A stretch of DNA of 64,000 nt, from assembly GCF_030684315.1 (NCBI RefSeq), contig NC_081382.1:4000833-4064832 (forward strand), written 5' to 3'. The position numbers and the translations under genes are program-made. Source of the stretch: Stegostoma tigrinum. Lineage: Eukaryota. Positions 22,236 to 36,280 of the stretch are shown in pieces. Position 1 is the stretch's first letter. Each line of letters starts with the position of its first letter. The notes under the pieces were generated by a model, which saw only the letters and a list, made by a program, of their open reading frames with translations, was not told where the DNA came from and did no database searches.

Positions 22236-22560
22236 ATTAGATTAAATTAGATTCCCTACAGTGTGGAAACAGGCCCTTCAGCCCAACAAGTCCACACCGC
22301 CCCTTACAGCATCCCACCCAGACCCATCCCCCTATAACCCACACACACCCTTGAACACTATGGGCAATTTAGCAAGGCCAATCCACCTAGCCTGCACATC
22401 TTTGAACTGTGGGAGGAAACCGGAGCACCCGGAGGAAACCCACGCAGACATGGGGAGAATGTGCAAACTCAACACAGACAGTCGCCCGAGGATGGAATTG
22501 AACCCGGTCCCTGGTTCTGTGAGGCTGCAGTGCTAACCACTGAGCCACTGTACCACCCCG
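22236..22560 (-). mobile_element. HE1-type V-SINE inserted in an older Penelope-derived short element
   Basis: Reverse-complement tRNA head and V domain. Host element pieces at 22180-22235 and 22560-22645. Confidence 0.85.
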
Positions 22561-23174
22561 AAATGCTGTTATACCTGCTGAGCTTTTCCAGCAACTTCGC
22601 TTTTGTTCCTGATCTACAGCATCCGCAGTTCTTTTGGTTTTTATTTGGCCAGATCCTGTTTGATTTTAATGAAATCAGCCTCGCCCAATCCAAAGCCTTC
22701 TTTCCTTGACTAATACATGGAATAAGCAGATTGCCTTATTAGGAAAGCCTAGACAGGCTGGGCCTGTATTTGCTGTCTAGAAGAGTCAGAGGTTAATTGA
22801 AACATATATAATCCTGAGGAATGTGCCTAGGTGGATGTTGAAAACATGTTTGCTCTTGTGGGAGGATCTAGAACTAGGGGTCAAAGTTTAAAAATAAGGG
22901 ACATCCATTTAAAACAGAGAAGAGGAAACTTTTATTTTCTCAGAAGGCTGAAAGTCAAAGGCAGAATCTTTAACTATTATTCAGGCAGAGGTCAATAGAA
23001 TCTCGATTCCCAAAGGGATGAAAGATTATTGGGAGATATGCAGAAATGTAGAGCTAAGGTTAAAATCAGGTCAACCATGACCTTATGAAAAGCATAGCAG
23101 GCCCAAAGAGCTGAGGCCTGCTCTTGTTCCTTTTTCATGTGTTCACTTGTACAGAGTGTTGCTATAAGTTTCAG

Positions 23175-23508
23175 GGGCAGCATGTTGGCTCAGTGGTTAA
23201 CACTGCCGCCTCACAGCGTCAGGATACGGGTTTGATTCCAGCCTTAGGTGGCTGTGTGGAGTTTGCACGTTCTCCCAATGTCTGCATGGGTTTCTGCTGG
23301 GTGCTCTGGTTTCCTCCCATGGTCCAAAGATGTGCAGGCTAGATGGATTAGCCATGCTAAATTGCCCTGCAGAGCCCAGGGATGAGTAGGCAAGGTGGAT
23401 TAGCCATGGTAAATGTGGAACTATGGGGACAGGAATGGTCTGGGGAGGATTGGTGCAGACTTGATGGGCTGAATGGCCTTTCTCCACTGTAAGGGTTCTA
23501 GGATTCTA
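23175..23508 (+). mobile_element. HE1-type V-SINE
   Basis: ggcagcatgttggctcagtggttaacactgccgcctcacagcg… gtgtggagtttgcacgttctccc. Confidence 0.9.
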
Positions 23509-23529
23509 AATTAAAAGCAAGTAACCTAT

Positions 23530-23680
23530 ACCCCTGCTGAATAAACAGTGATCATGTATAGATATTCAGTGAACAACACTTATCTCGCTGAATAAATTGC
23601 GATCCACTTACACAGTGAATAACCCTCACCTTGCTGAATAAACTGTAATCATGTATACTTACACAGTGAATAACCCATGC
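23530..23680. repeat. Diverged ~50-bp tandem repeat, ~3 copies (gctgaataaa…cagtgaataac)
   Basis: Recurrent gctgaataaa and cagtgaa motifs. Confidence 0.6.
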
Positions 23681-25151
23681 GCAATCTTTGATATTGCTGA
23701 TCACCTCCAGCAAATATTTCTGTACCACCCTGTATTAAATCAGTTATCTGCAAGCAGGTAGTAATGGTGAATGGTGATGGTAGTTGCGGGGAGGCGGGGT
23801 GTTGGCTCTGACTGAACTGTGTCAAACTGGTCTCTTACATGGGATGTCACCATAAACCACACTCAATTACATTGAGAGACCCTGGCCCTGCTGAATAGAC
23901 TATGGCGTGTCAAGTGACAATGTTGGCGGCCCATAGAGAAAACAATGGAATTAAATTCTGCAGGAAGGCAGTCTGATCTGAAGTTAATCAAGATATAGCT
24001 TTCCCATCTTGCTCTGTCCATGTGGACTGTTTCAGAATGAGGTCTCTGTTTGCCCTGCATGGCTAGATGGTGCTCTCAGACTGAGCGGCTCCTTTTTAGG
24101 GTTGAGAGATGACAGGCCTGCCCCTTAAGGCAGTCCATACAGCAGTGAGAAGGAGACTTCTGCAGCACAGTAAGGGAGGACAACTACACACATTTGGAGC
24201 AAATAAGCATGAAATGTTTGGAATGTGCATTTCCAAGGGTTTATGAGTGACAAAGTTATTCTTCAAACCCTAACATTCTGCTCAAAGAACACTGTGGAAA
24301 TGTTTTGGGAAAAATACCTGCCAAAACTTTCTTGGATTCTGTCTACGTAAGCAGAGGGAATCCAGTCGCCCTGTAGGCTTTTTTATCAGAATAATACGTC
24401 CCTCAGTGCAAATGCTCCGTCATTCAGTATGATTTTTGTTCATCAATCATGAGACAGTCATTCCCTGGAAATCACGCTCCTGTGGAAAAGAGAATTCAGA
24501 TGCAAAGACCAGAGAAGAGGAGAGATAGTAGGAACTGCAGGTCTGAAACGTCAGCTTTCCTGCTCCTCTGGTGCTGCTTGGCCTGCTGTGTTCATCCAGC
24601 TCTACACCTTGTTATGTCAGAGATTCTGTTCACTCTGACAACTGGCTCTGAGGGAACTGGATCAGTGTCAACGACATTCCACATGTAAATAAATAGTAAC
24701 TTGGTGATGGAATATTGGCCTCTGTGGAGCTATCTTAGTGGCATACTTATAGTGTCACCAGATAGTAAGCCAGAACCATTGGCTAGAGTTCTGGGGACAC
24801 GAGTTTGAATCCCACATTGGCAGGTTCTGAAATTTGAATTACATAAAACATGCTGGAATAAAAAAAAGCGATGTAAGTGCTAGTCAGTGTACTGCTGATT
24901 GTCATTAAAAATCCATTTGATTCTTTAGGGAAGGAAATCTGCCATCCTTACCTGGTCTGGCTTCCATGTTACTCCAGGCCCAAAGCAATATAGTTGAGGT
25001 TTGACTGATCACTGCGCAATTAGGGATGGACAATAAATGCCTACATTTCATGAACAAATTAAAATAAAACTCAGCCCAGGTCACTTCACCAACTGCTTCC
25101 TGAGATAATCTATTTAATCCTCCCTCTTCCAAAGGATTTCCAACTGGTTGG

Positions 25152-25360
25152 AGATAGTAGGAACTGAAGATGCTGGAGAATCTGAGACAACAAGGTGTAG
25201 AGCTGCGTGAACACAGCAGGCCAAACAGCATCAGAGGAGCAGGAAGGCTGACGTTTTGAGCCTTTCTGAAGAAGGGTCTGGGCCCGAAACGTCAGCCTTC
25301 CTGCTCCTCTGATGCCGCTTGGCCTTGCTGAGTTCATCCAGCTTCACACCTTGTTATCTC
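25152..25360. mobile_element. Palindromic Penelope-derived mini-element; TSD caactggttgga
   Basis: Inverted halves meet at the hammerhead. TSD at 25141-25152 and 25360-25371. Confidence 0.85.
25266..25293 (+). ncRNA. Minimal hammerhead ribozyme motif (intact core)
   Basis: CTGAAGA-A-GGGT/CTGG/GCCC-GAAA-CG-TC. Confidence 0.65.
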
Positions 25361-25759
25361 AACTGGTTGGACTCTGGTTGCACAGATTTCGGAGTTTATT
25401 CCCCAAACTGTGCTGTTTCTGACCTCATTCAGGGCAGTGGCTGGCTTTCAATGCCGTTTGCTAAGGGAGAAAGGAACTCAGTCAGGGGTAATGGAGCAGG
25501 TTATTCTCTTGTTTACAAGCATGAGTGGCTGTTGGATGAGGATAGCTTGGAATGAGGCATGACTCCCATTACTGCTGACCACTGCATACCATCTGGTCAC
25601 ATCCGTAAGGCACTTGGCGAAATCTGAGAGTCAGGGTCCTCTCCGGGTTGGGCAGGGATGGACCTGGGGTGTGGGGCTGGGGGCTACTGTTGTGCTGTTA
25701 ATTACAGGCACTGACAACCTGGTTATACTGTACTGTACATCTTTCTGGTGAACTCCAGT

Positions 25760-26160
25760 GAAAAAAAATCCCTATCTGGCCTCTCCTTATAACTCAAACC
25801 TTTAATTCCTGGGAAATCTTTTCTGAACCCTCTCCAGTTTATTAATATCCTTCCTACAACAGAGAAACCAGAACTGGACATAGTGCTTCAAAAGGGGCCT
25901 CAACAATGTCCTTTACAACCTGAACATGACGGCCAACTCCTATACTCAGAGGTGTGAGCAATGAAGGCAAGTGTTATCCAATGCCTGTTGGATGTGGGTA
26001 CAGTTACAACATTGAAAAGCATTTGGATAAGTACATGAATAGGAAAGGTTTGGAGGGATATGCCAAGAGCAGGCAGGTGGGGCCAGTTTAGTTTGTGATT
26101 GTTGTTGGTGTGGATCGGTTTGCTTGAACGGTCTATTTATGTGCTCCATGACTCTATGAC
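25760..26160. mobile_element. CR1 3' fragments in opposite orientations
   Basis: - strand CR1 RT end followed by a + strand tail (ggaaaggtttggagggatatg…). Confidence 0.7.
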
Positions 26161-26164
26161 TGGT

Positions 26165-27370
26165 GGGCCAAATCAAGGAAGGATGGCAGATTTCGTTGAT
26201 GGGGCAAAACAATACACAAAGTGACAGTATGACTCCCACCCATCTCCTCCAACTTTGACACAGTCTCAGGCAGCGAGGTTAGTATCACTTGTGAAGGAGT
26301 GTGGTTCTTACCCCAAGTGTTCACACAGCCCTCTAATTAGGGATGGTCTGTGGACAGTTGGCCAAAGACTGCCCTATCATAGCTCAGATTGACTGTCCTG
26401 CTCTTGAGCCAGATGCCCTGTGTCTCAGCTGAGCCAATACCTAGCAATCACAAGTATGGTACTGGGCGACAGTCACATCCAGCCCAAGAGGGTTGTAAAG
26501 GGTGAGGCTGCCACAAACTCGGCCTGCAGGAGCTTCGGGATCCATAAACCTCAGGATGTTAAATCCTGACAGTGAATGTTGGTCTGGGGAGGTAGGGAGA
26601 CCCTGGTTTTGATGGGTAGGCATTATAGCCCACCAGCATCTGCCACATCATTGGATGCTCTACATATGGGGCAAACAACTTGGAAAGTAGTCAGTTCCAC
26701 CAGTTTCTCGAGGGAGCCCTAACAGAACGTGTGTAGGCACAGGGGGAGAATGTGAGAGCATCTCTCAGTCTCTAGGTGATAGTCCTCCAGACACACTGTG
26801 CATCAAATGCCCTCAGCAGGCAATATCTGTGGCTAATTGTGATCAAAGATAATGGGAACTGCAGATGCTGAAGAATCTGAGATAACAAAGTGTGGGTCTG
26901 GATTGACCTATCCCCTCCCTACCTCCCCACCTATACTCTCCTCTCCACCTGTCTTCTCCTCTATCCATCTTCAGTCCGCCTCCCCCTCTCTACCTACTTA
27001 TTTCAGAACCCTCTCCCCATCCCCCTTTTCTGATGAAGGGTCGAGGCCCGAAATGTCAGCTTTTGTGCTCCTAAGATGCTGCTTGGTCTGCTGTGTTCAT
27101 CCAGCCCCACACTTTGTTATCTGTGGCTAATTTCCTGTTTCTGTCATTGCATCAGTTCAAACACAGAATACCCAATCCTCCAGTTTCTAGAGAGAGGTCT
27201 GTTCATCTCCCTGAGTCCACGCATCACTTCCAGTAACTGTAACACCTTTAAAGAACAGGACCTCAGACCCTTTGAGCGGTTGGCAATCTGCGACTGATGA
27301 TTAAGAGGTCTCGAACAAATAGCCTCGACAAAAGCCAGGTGTTCTGTGGTATTTTTAAGATGTGCCAAGT
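26165..27370 (-). mobile_element. Very old LINE remnant (possibly Tx1/L1-like ORF1/EN region) with a Penelope-derived palindrome at ~26845-27120
   Basis: Decayed GC-rich coding-like sequence. The insertion is flanked by tatctgtggctaatt on both sides and has a hammerhead core at 27030-27057. Confidence 0.4.
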
Positions 27371-29569
27371 TTTGCAGAGACTAAGAGGAATACACAGAGC
27401 GAGATGATCCAGTTTCTGGGTAAAATAAGAACCCAATTTTTTGCAACGGATGCACGCTAAAGTTAAAACAAATGCCCAATTTGTTCCACCAGAACAATTT
27501 TAAGTCAGTTTTCTGTGCATTCCGCAAACCAACTTTGTCACACTGTTAGTTGCCTGTTGCAGGCAGGCTCTCTGGCAGTTTACTGTCAGCTCTCCGCAGC
27601 TAGGAGCCGCTAAATATTTTATCTGCAAACTGTGTGCAAACAGGAAGAGGTTAAAAGTTGCCTTCTTTTTGTGGTGTACTATGGCACATGCCTGACCAAG
27701 TATAAGAGAATGCAGTTGTGGTCTGTAGCACCTCTGAACATGGCTGACAACAACATCAGGGAGAATTCAGCGCTGACAGCTGCGATCAGAGAGACACAGG
27801 CCTTTCTTAAACATTGAGCTGGGCTGCAGCTATTTCTAAAACGCAAGAACTTGCCACTCAAACAGCTGTACATAGGCCTGAAGGTGTTAATAGTGACTGA
27901 ATGCCATTAGCACAACTCACTGTGATGATGTCAAGTGAACGGGTTGCGGAGAATAAAAAAGAATTTTGAAGGAGTTACAGTTACCAACCAGTGCTCCTAA
28001 AAGTTTATGTCAGAACGTACACCACATTCTTATACCCTGTCAACAGTTCCAGAGATGTAATAACCAGTATCCTGTTTACCATAAGGCACTCTTCCAATTA
28101 GGCAAAAATATAACTTCTCCACACTAGACTGCACAGGTCTGAGAGAAGGATCTCGCTAGGCACTGGTGGCAGCAGGTTCAAGATGATATTTAGCTTCACC
28201 ATCCGGCATAAACAAGCCTGCCCCTTTAATCTCCAGTCTGCATAGATTTGTGTATTCACTCCCAAATCACTAGTGTCTTTGTACAGTTCAGTTTGATTAT
28301 AATCCTCACTGGCTGTTTATGTTCAGTCTAAACAGTTTCACTACTCTTATAGTTGTACACATTTTCCTTCACATTCATCACTTTAACTTCACATGAAGGG
28401 GAATGAAAAGATGTAAGATCGATATTTCTAATCTCAGAAATGTTAGGACACACCTTTATAGCAGGTGCAGCTTGGACCTAGGCCAAAGCAGCAACACTAC
28501 CACTGTGCCACAAGAGCCCCGCAAAGGCAGAGGATCGGCTTTGGCATTCGAAATAAAGCATCTGTCATTGCAATAAACTGCTGAAGCAGTCTCTCATGAT
28601 ACAATTACAGGTGAATGTTTTCATAATATTTGACAGTGTGAGGGTGAAGGATCACAGTTCACTCACAGTGCTGGCAGCTGATTGGCTTGTCTGGCAGTTC
28701 CATTTTGAAGTAACTATTTTGGGTTGGTTAATCTTAGATTTCTTTACTTTCACAATCCCACAAATGCAGCTATTGAGATTGCAAACTCCCAAAAGAGCAA
28801 CATCACAATAGCAACATTCTTCCATTTCAGTAATCTCTACAGTATATCCAAAATCTCAAACCTGGCAATCCTAATATGATCTAAGATTCGGACTGTGGAG
28901 TCACTCAGGAACTTGATTCTTTATCATTCATTTCTGGTATCACAGCCACTCTTGGGGAAGGTGATATCCTTGGTGAGGATCAGTAGACGTCATTGGAAGC
29001 TAGGCTTTTGGAAATAGGATTGGCTTGACTATATGCAGAAAATAGGTTGTTACCGAGGGCATTACGCTTTAAGGGACACCAAATTCACCATTTTGAATGC
29101 TAAGTGAATGGAGGTAAAATTTCACTCGACTTTTTGTTTCTTTATTGAATGGGGTTTGGGGGAAAGGTATCAATATCAAAGGGTGCCAAACATTAGTCCT
29201 ATTTAGTAAGCGCTTATTAACTTTTTATTCAGCATTCTTCTAACTATTGGCAGGAAAAGGTTTAACACAAAACTATCTCTGCCCAGAAACTGTTACCATG
29301 TGACATTCTGCAACACTGATTATTAAAGGACTGGCTATTTACATATTTAGCATGAACCCTTTACACTACATTACTAAAGTACTACTGAAGAGTTAGGTTA
29401 GATTGGAATCTGACCCACTTAACATGGTGGCAGTGCCACAGGCCGAGATAGAGGATTGCCTTGATAGAACTTGGTCTCCACAAGGACTATGTGTTGGTCA
29501 CTCCTACCAATACCGTCACAGATAGAGACATCTTCAAAAAACAGACTCATAACAAAGAGATCAAATAGA

Positions 29570-29870
29570 CAGAGTCACAGAGTTATACAGCATGGAAACA
29601 GAACCTGTAGTCTAACTCGTCCATGCCGACCATGCTTCCCAAACTAAACTCATTCCATTTGCCTGCATTGGCCCATAAACCTTATTCTTGTACCTGTCCA
29701 AGTGTCTTTTAAATGTTGTAACTGTACCTGCATCTACAACTTCCTCTGGCAGATCATTCTACACATGTACCACCCTCTGTGTGAAAAAGTTGCCCCTCGG
29801 GTCCCTTTTAAATCTTTCTCCTCTCATTTTAAGACTATGCCCTCTAGTTTTGAACTCTCATAACTTGGGG
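29570..29870 (-). mobile_element. CR1 3' tail
   Basis: cagcatggaaacaga…caccctctgtgtgaaaaagttgcccctc. Confidence 0.85.
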
Positions 29871-30179
29871 TTCCCTTCTGTTGATCTCATTGCAAGTGTT
29901 CCAAGCCCAGTTAGACAGCTGTGTCCTTGAGGCTTTATCCAGCTCACTCAGTAGTTGTGCTACTGACCTAGAAGCTTTACAGGATGGTAAGTTGTATTGA
30001 AGATGTGGAAACTACTTCAAGTTAAATTATGGTAGGAGGAAAGATGGGTATGGAAATGAATAAATCTAGGTTCCATGACAGGAAATGTCCCTTCCTACAA
30101 TAAGAAACTAAAAATAGATTGGAATTCTGTAAAACAAAGCCTCTTGAACTGTTTCTGAAATATTGGGAGAAAGGAAAAG

Positions 30180-30930
30180 AGAAAGTGCTGCATAAACTTT
30201 GCAGGTCCAGCAGCATCTGTAGAGTGAGAAACACAGTTAATGTTTCAAGTCCAGTGATCCTTCTTCAGAACTAGAAGTTGGGAAAAGGTACTCTTAATGC
30301 TGATGATAGTGGATTGGGCGGAAAGGTATGAGTGATAGATGGAGACGAAGCACAGAAAGAGAGAGACAGAGAAAGAAAATGAGAGAAAAAGGTCGGTAGG
30401 CAACGGGATTGTGATCATAAGCCAGGGAAGAAGACAGTGTAGATAGATGCTAATGGGACCATGAGTGGGTGAAAGCGTATTGACTGTGCTGAAAGTAACT
30501 CTCTGATGAAGGGTCTAGGTCCGAAACGTCAGCTTTTGTGCTCCTGAGATGCTGCTTGGCCTGCTGTGTTCATCCAGCTTCACACTTTGTTATCTCATTT
30601 CAGGACATAACCTGGGTTGTGGGGTTGGGTATAGACACAGAAGGAACTGTTCATGTTCTTAAAATGATTAAACTTGGTTAAGTCCTGAAGGCCTCTGCAT
30701 GTAAGCAGAAAATGAGATATTGATCCTCTAGCTTGTGTTCAGTTTCCCTGGGGCACTGTATCAGGCCTGGAGCAGCAATGTTGTCTCCATTAGCCTTTAT
30801 TTTTGCCTCCTCTTTTTTTCTCTCTCTCTCTCTCTGTGCTCTATCTCCACCTACCTATCAGCTCACTCCTTCCTTCATTCTGGTCATCAGCCTAAATACT
30901 GGTTTTCATTCTAAAGAAGAGTCACTGGGC
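30180..30930. mobile_element. Old Penelope-derived element(s) with a younger hammerhead-bearing copy nested at ~30500-30597
   Basis: Decayed hammerheads at ~30240-30268 (-) and ~30910-30935 (+); intact core CTGATGAAGGGTCTAGGTCCGAAACGTC at 30503-30530. Confidence 0.7.
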
Positions 30931-30979
30931 TCAAAATTGGTTACAGAAATCATTAAGTCATGTCACACCTAAATCTGTT

Positions 30980-31270
30980 CAGCCTCCAACCCACATCTCC
31001 CCAGCCTCATCAACCCTCCACCCCCAATCCGCACTCTCCCTAGCGTCACCAACCCCACCCCAGTTCCCACGCCCCCAACCTCTCCAACTCTCACCACCTT
31101 CCACCCCATATTCCCAACCCCAACGCACATCCCCACCTCGGCATCCCCAGCCTCACCAATCTCCATCCCACATTCCCAAACCAAACTCCCAGCCTCACCA
31201 ATCTCCATCCCACATTCCCATACCAAACTCCCAGCCTCACCAATCTCCATCCCACGTTCCCATCACCCCA
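30980..31270. repeat. C-rich tandem repeat, 42-bp unit (ccagcctcaccaatctccatcccacattcccaaaccaaactc), ~3 good and several decayed copies
   Basis: Explains the repetitive ORFs MEIGEAGSLVWECG. Confidence 0.85.
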
Positions 31271-32149
31271 CACATAGGCGTGTTTGTGTTTTCCCCTTTC
31301 TTGAATGCAAAAAACGGGGGTTAAAAACCAATTCCACCTCGGGTGTGTGTGCTTGGGCACTGAGGTACATGTGAGTGCTAGTATATTGTGAAAGGCATAG
31401 TCCGAGTACAATCCACTAATCACCGCGGGTAAAGGATTCACTCACTCAACATGCTGGAAGCAAGCCAGCAAATCAATCAAAAAGCAACAGAATAAAAGAA
31501 TTTCAGCCAACTGGTTAAGTCAATATTAAAATCAACTGCTCATCTATCAACCTTGCACTGTCTTTTCTTCACAAACAACCCAGAAATTAAAACATATATC
31601 TTTCATCTTCCTTTGGAACCTGATTTCTAATCTATTTGAATGTGTGTTGCATTATTATTTCTTTCTCACGCACAGGAAACGTTTTAAGCTCACATTTTTG
31701 ATATGCGTAGATTAAATGCTTAAATTGGCTTTATTTGAAACATATTAATTTCATATGGGAGAAAGGGAGAAGGTGTCCCTTCCTTCACATTAACCTGCGG
31801 CAACCAAGCTAGGATAAGACCAACGAAGAACAGGAGCTAGTACGCTCTGCCTCACCTGGGAATCAAAAATTTGAGGTGTCTTGATTGGAATGAGAAAAAA
31901 TTGGGGAAAGCCACCAGGGACAGATGGTAACACCATGTTCTTTTATTTTCAATGTAACGGTTAAACTCTGTACTCATTTTTACTGGGGGTAAACGTTGTT
32001 CACTATTTTACACTTTATTTAATGTGGGGAAACTCATTGCAATTCTGTTTATTTACAGTAAAGATCACTCACTGTACTATTGGTTATTTAGAGTAAATGT
32101 TCCTCCTTGCCTTATTAGTTGCATAAAGAGTTACCTACTTAAAAAGTTA

Positions 32150-33820
32150 GTTAGGAGAGTAAAATAGGAAATGAAAGAATGATAGCTGGTAAAGTAAAGG
32201 AAAATCCCAAATTATTTCGCAACTGCATTAGGGATAACATGATAACTGGGAAAGAGTGGGACTCATTAAGTGCCACAGCAGTAATTTGTGCATGGAGCCA
32301 GAGTATGTAGGTAGGGTTCTAAATGAATATTTTGTTGGTATTCACTAGTGAGAGGGACTATACGCGTTCAGAAACCAGGGAGGACTGTGATACACTTAAA
32401 TAAGTTAGCATGGACAGAAAGGAGTTTCCAAGTGGTCTGGCAGGCTTAAAACTAGAAAGTTCTCCAGGCCTGGATGAAATGTATTCTAAGCTGTCATTGA
32501 GGCAAGGGAGGAAATAGCAGCCATGCTGGCAAAAATTTCCAGTTGCTGTCCGACTACAGGAGAGGTGCCAGAAGACTCTCTAACAGCCATCATGATAACA
32601 TTATTCAAGAATGAAACAAGAATAAATAAGGAAACTACAGCACAGTCAGTCTAACCTCAGTGATGGAGAAGATATTGGAAGTAATTCTGAGGGACAGAAT
32701 GAATTTGTATTTAGAGGGGCAGGGATTAAACAAGAACAGTTAGCATGGTTTTGTTAAGGAGAAGTCATGTTTGGCTAAATTGATCGAATTTTCGAAAAGC
32801 TGACCAGTTGGGTAGATGATGGCAACACATTCAACGTTGTCTCCTCCAACTTCAGCAAGGCTTTTGATAAGGTCCCACATGCAAGATTGATAGCAGACGT
32901 AGGAGTGCATGGGATCCAAAGAAACTTGGCAAATAGAATGCACAATTGGCTGAGAGGCAGGAAGCAGAGGGTGATGATTGAAGGGTGTTTTTGTGACAGG
33001 AAGCTTACGTCCAGTGGGGTCAGTGTTGCTGCTTGCTGTCTGTCATGTATATACAAATGATTTACACTTGAATATAGCATAGATCTGTACATTCATGGAT
33101 GATACATAAATTTTTGGGGTAGTAAATGGTGAGGAGGATATAGACAGGCCAGCCAGATGACTGATAAATGTCAAATGGAATGTAATCTGTATAAGTGTGA
33201 TGTGATGCACTTGGGCAGGACAAACAAGCAAAGGGAATGCATGATGAACAGGAGGAGCCTGGGAAGCACTGAGCATCAGAGGGACATTTGTGTGCATGTA
33301 CACCGGTCCCTTAAGATTGTGGGACAGGAGGATAAAGTGGTTAAGAAGGCATAAGGGATGCTTGCCTTCATTAGCTGAGGCATAGCGTTTAAAAGCAGAG
33401 AGGTTTTCCTGGAATTGTTTAAAATTTGGTTAGGTCACAGCTAGAGTATTGTATGCAGTTCTGGAATCCATATTAGAGAAGGAATGTGACAGCACTGGAG
33501 AGGGTGCTGAGGGAGATTTACCAGGATGCAGCCTGGGTCGGAGAGTTTTTTTAGTTACGAAGACAGGCTAGACTGTTGAATTGGGGTTATTTTCCTTGGA
33601 GCAGAGGATATTAAGGTGGGACATGATTGAGATGTATGAAATGAAGGGCGTAGATAAGTTAGGCAGAAAGAACTTTTCCCCATGATGGAGCAAGGTAAAT
33701 TGAAGCTAAGGGTCAGGAGGTTTAGAGAAGATGTGAGGTAAGTATTTTTCGCTCAGAGGGCGCTGGGAATCTAGAACTCACTGCCTGAAAGGGTGGTGGA
33801 GGCAGAAACACTCAAAACAC
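32150..33820 (+). mobile_element. CR1 LINE ORF2 remnant
   Basis: HGFVKEKSCLANL, FSKAFDKVPH and KCDVMHLGRTN motifs. Confidence 0.9.
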
Positions 33821-34441
33821 ACTCTCTATGTTCTTGTTTATTTCGAGGTGCTCATTGTTTTCCTGTTCCTTTAAAACTCTCTGTGTTCCACTGCATTTAA
33901 ATAAGGCTTAATCTCTGTTCTGCTTTATTTAACACAAGGGTTAACTACTGTTTCTTTAAAGTTAGGATCACAACTCTACATTTTAGTTATTTTAAAGTAA
34001 GGATTCCTCACTTATTTGTTTAGAGTAAGCTTAACTTATGGTGTCCCTGTTTAATTAGATAATGATTAATTAGATTAATTCCTGATTATGTCAAAAAATG
34101 TTACTGTATTCTTGTTACTTAAAGTAAGATTCACTCATTGTATTCTTGTTTGTTTAGAGGAAAGGTTACTCTGTGTTCCTGTTTATTTAGATTGCTCACT
34201 CTGTTCTTGTTTCTTTTGAGTAAGAGTTACTCACTGTGTTCCCCTGTACATAGAATAAAAATCACTGTCTGTGTTCCCATTTATTTAGTTACTCTATATG
34301 CTCCTGTTTATTTAGAAGAAGAGTTGCTATGTTTCTGTCTCTGTTTATTTACAATAAGGCTTATTATTTAATACAATACACCACAGGAACAGGCCCTTTG
34401 GTCCACCAAGCCTGCGCTGATTCCTAATCCTAATTTAGACG

Positions 34442-35002
34442 CACTTCTGAGGCTTTATAAGGCTCTAGTTAGGCCCCATTTAGAATACTGTGTCCAATTT
34501 TGGGCCCCACACCTCAGGAAGGACATACTAGCCCTGGAGCGTGTCCAGCGGAGATTCACATGGATGATCCCTGGAATGGTAGGTTTAATGTATGATGAAC
34601 GGCTAAGGATCCTGGGATTGTACTCATTAGAGTTTAGAAGGTTGAGGGGAGATCTAATAGAAACTTACAAGATAATGTATCGTTTAGAAGGGGTGGACAC
34701 TAGGAAGTTGTTTCCGTTAGGCGGGGAGACTAGGACCCGTGGGCACAGCCTTAAAATTAGAGGGGGTAAATTTAAAACTGAAATGAGACGACATTTCTTC
34801 AGCCAGAGAGTGGTGGGCTTGTGGAATTCATTGCCGCAGAGTGCAGTGGAGGCCGGGATGTTGGATGCCTTCAAGGCAGAGATTGACAAATTCTTGATCT
34901 CAAAAGGAATCAAGGGCTACGGGGAGAGTGCAGGGAAGTGGAGTTGAAATGCTCATCAGCCACGATTTAAATGGCAGAGTGGACTTGATGGGCCGAATGG
35001 AT
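34442..35002 (+). mobile_element. Young 5'-truncated CR1 LINE
   Basis: Intact 127-aa ORF2 C-terminus MIPGMVGLMYDERLRILGLYSLEFRRLRGDLIETYKI…FFSQRVVGLWNSLP. Confidence 0.95.
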
Positions 35003-35654
35003 ATTTATTACACATCAGCAATTTCTATCCCTCTGTTCACATCCCATTCATGTGTCTATCAAGATACACCTGAAATGTTGCTGAAGTGCCTGCTTTTACC
35101 ACCTCCACTGACACTGCATTCCAGGCACTCACAACTCTCTGTGTGAAAAATGTTTCCCTCACTTCTCCCCTAAACTTTCCCACTTCACCTTGAACCTGTG
35201 CCCTCTTGTAGTTGACCTTTCCACCTGGGAAGAAGCCTCTGACTATCAACCCTATCTAAGCTGTCATAATTTTGTAGACTTCTATTCTCTATGCTCTTTT
35301 TTTCTTATTTCTCACTTGTGTTCCTGTTTATTTAGAGTAACAGTTTCCACTGTGGACCTCTTCATTTCATATAAGTGTTACATTTTTCCTATTTATCCAG
35401 AGTAAGGCTTATTCTCTATATTCCTGTTTTTTAGACTAAAAGTTGCTGTGTCCCTGTTTATTTAATGGAAGGCTAACTCATTGTTTCAGTGTATTTAAAG
35501 CATGGGTTACGCAGTATTCCTATATATTTAGGGTTTAGAGGTAAAGTTACTTTGTGTTCATGTTGATTTAGAGTGAAGCTTATTTATTGTGTTTCTGTAT
35601 TGATCACTGTCTAGAGTATGTGTTACTCTCTGTCTTCCTGTTTAAAGGAAAAGT

Positions 35655-36280
35655 CATAGACTCATAGAGATGCACAGCATGGAAACAGACCCTTCGGTCC
35701 AACTCCTCCAGGTTGACCAAATATCCTAGATAAATCTAGACCCAGCATTTGGCCCATTTCCCACTAAACCCTTCCTATTTCATATACCCATCCAGATTCC
35801 ATTTAAATACTGTAATTGTACAAGCCACCACCACTTCCTGTGGCAGCTCATTCCATACACGCACCACCCTCTGCGTCAAAAAGTTGCTCCTTAAGTCCCT
35901 TTCGAATCTTTCCCCTCTCACCCTAAACCCATGTCTCTAGTTTTTAACTCCCCCGCCCCAGGGAAAAGACCTTGTCTATTTAACTTATCCATGCCCCTCA
36001 TGATTTTATAAACCCCTATAAGGTCATCCCTCAGCCTCCGATACTCTAGGGAAAATAACCCCAGCCTAGCTAGCATCTCCTTATAGGTCAAACCCTCCAA
36101 CCTGGCAACTTCCTTCTAGATCTTTTCTGAGCCCTTTCAAGTTTCATGGAGACCGAAATTGCAAGCAGTATTTCGAAAGTGGTCAAACCAATGTCCTGTA
36201 CAGCCGCAATGTGGCCTCCCAACTCCTGTACTCAATGCACTGTCCAATAAAGGCAAGCATTTCAAATGCCTTCTTCATTA
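35655..36280 (-). mobile_element. CR1 3' fragment
   Basis: MEGLTYKEMLARLGLFSLEYRRLRDDLIGVYKIM. Confidence 0.9.
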
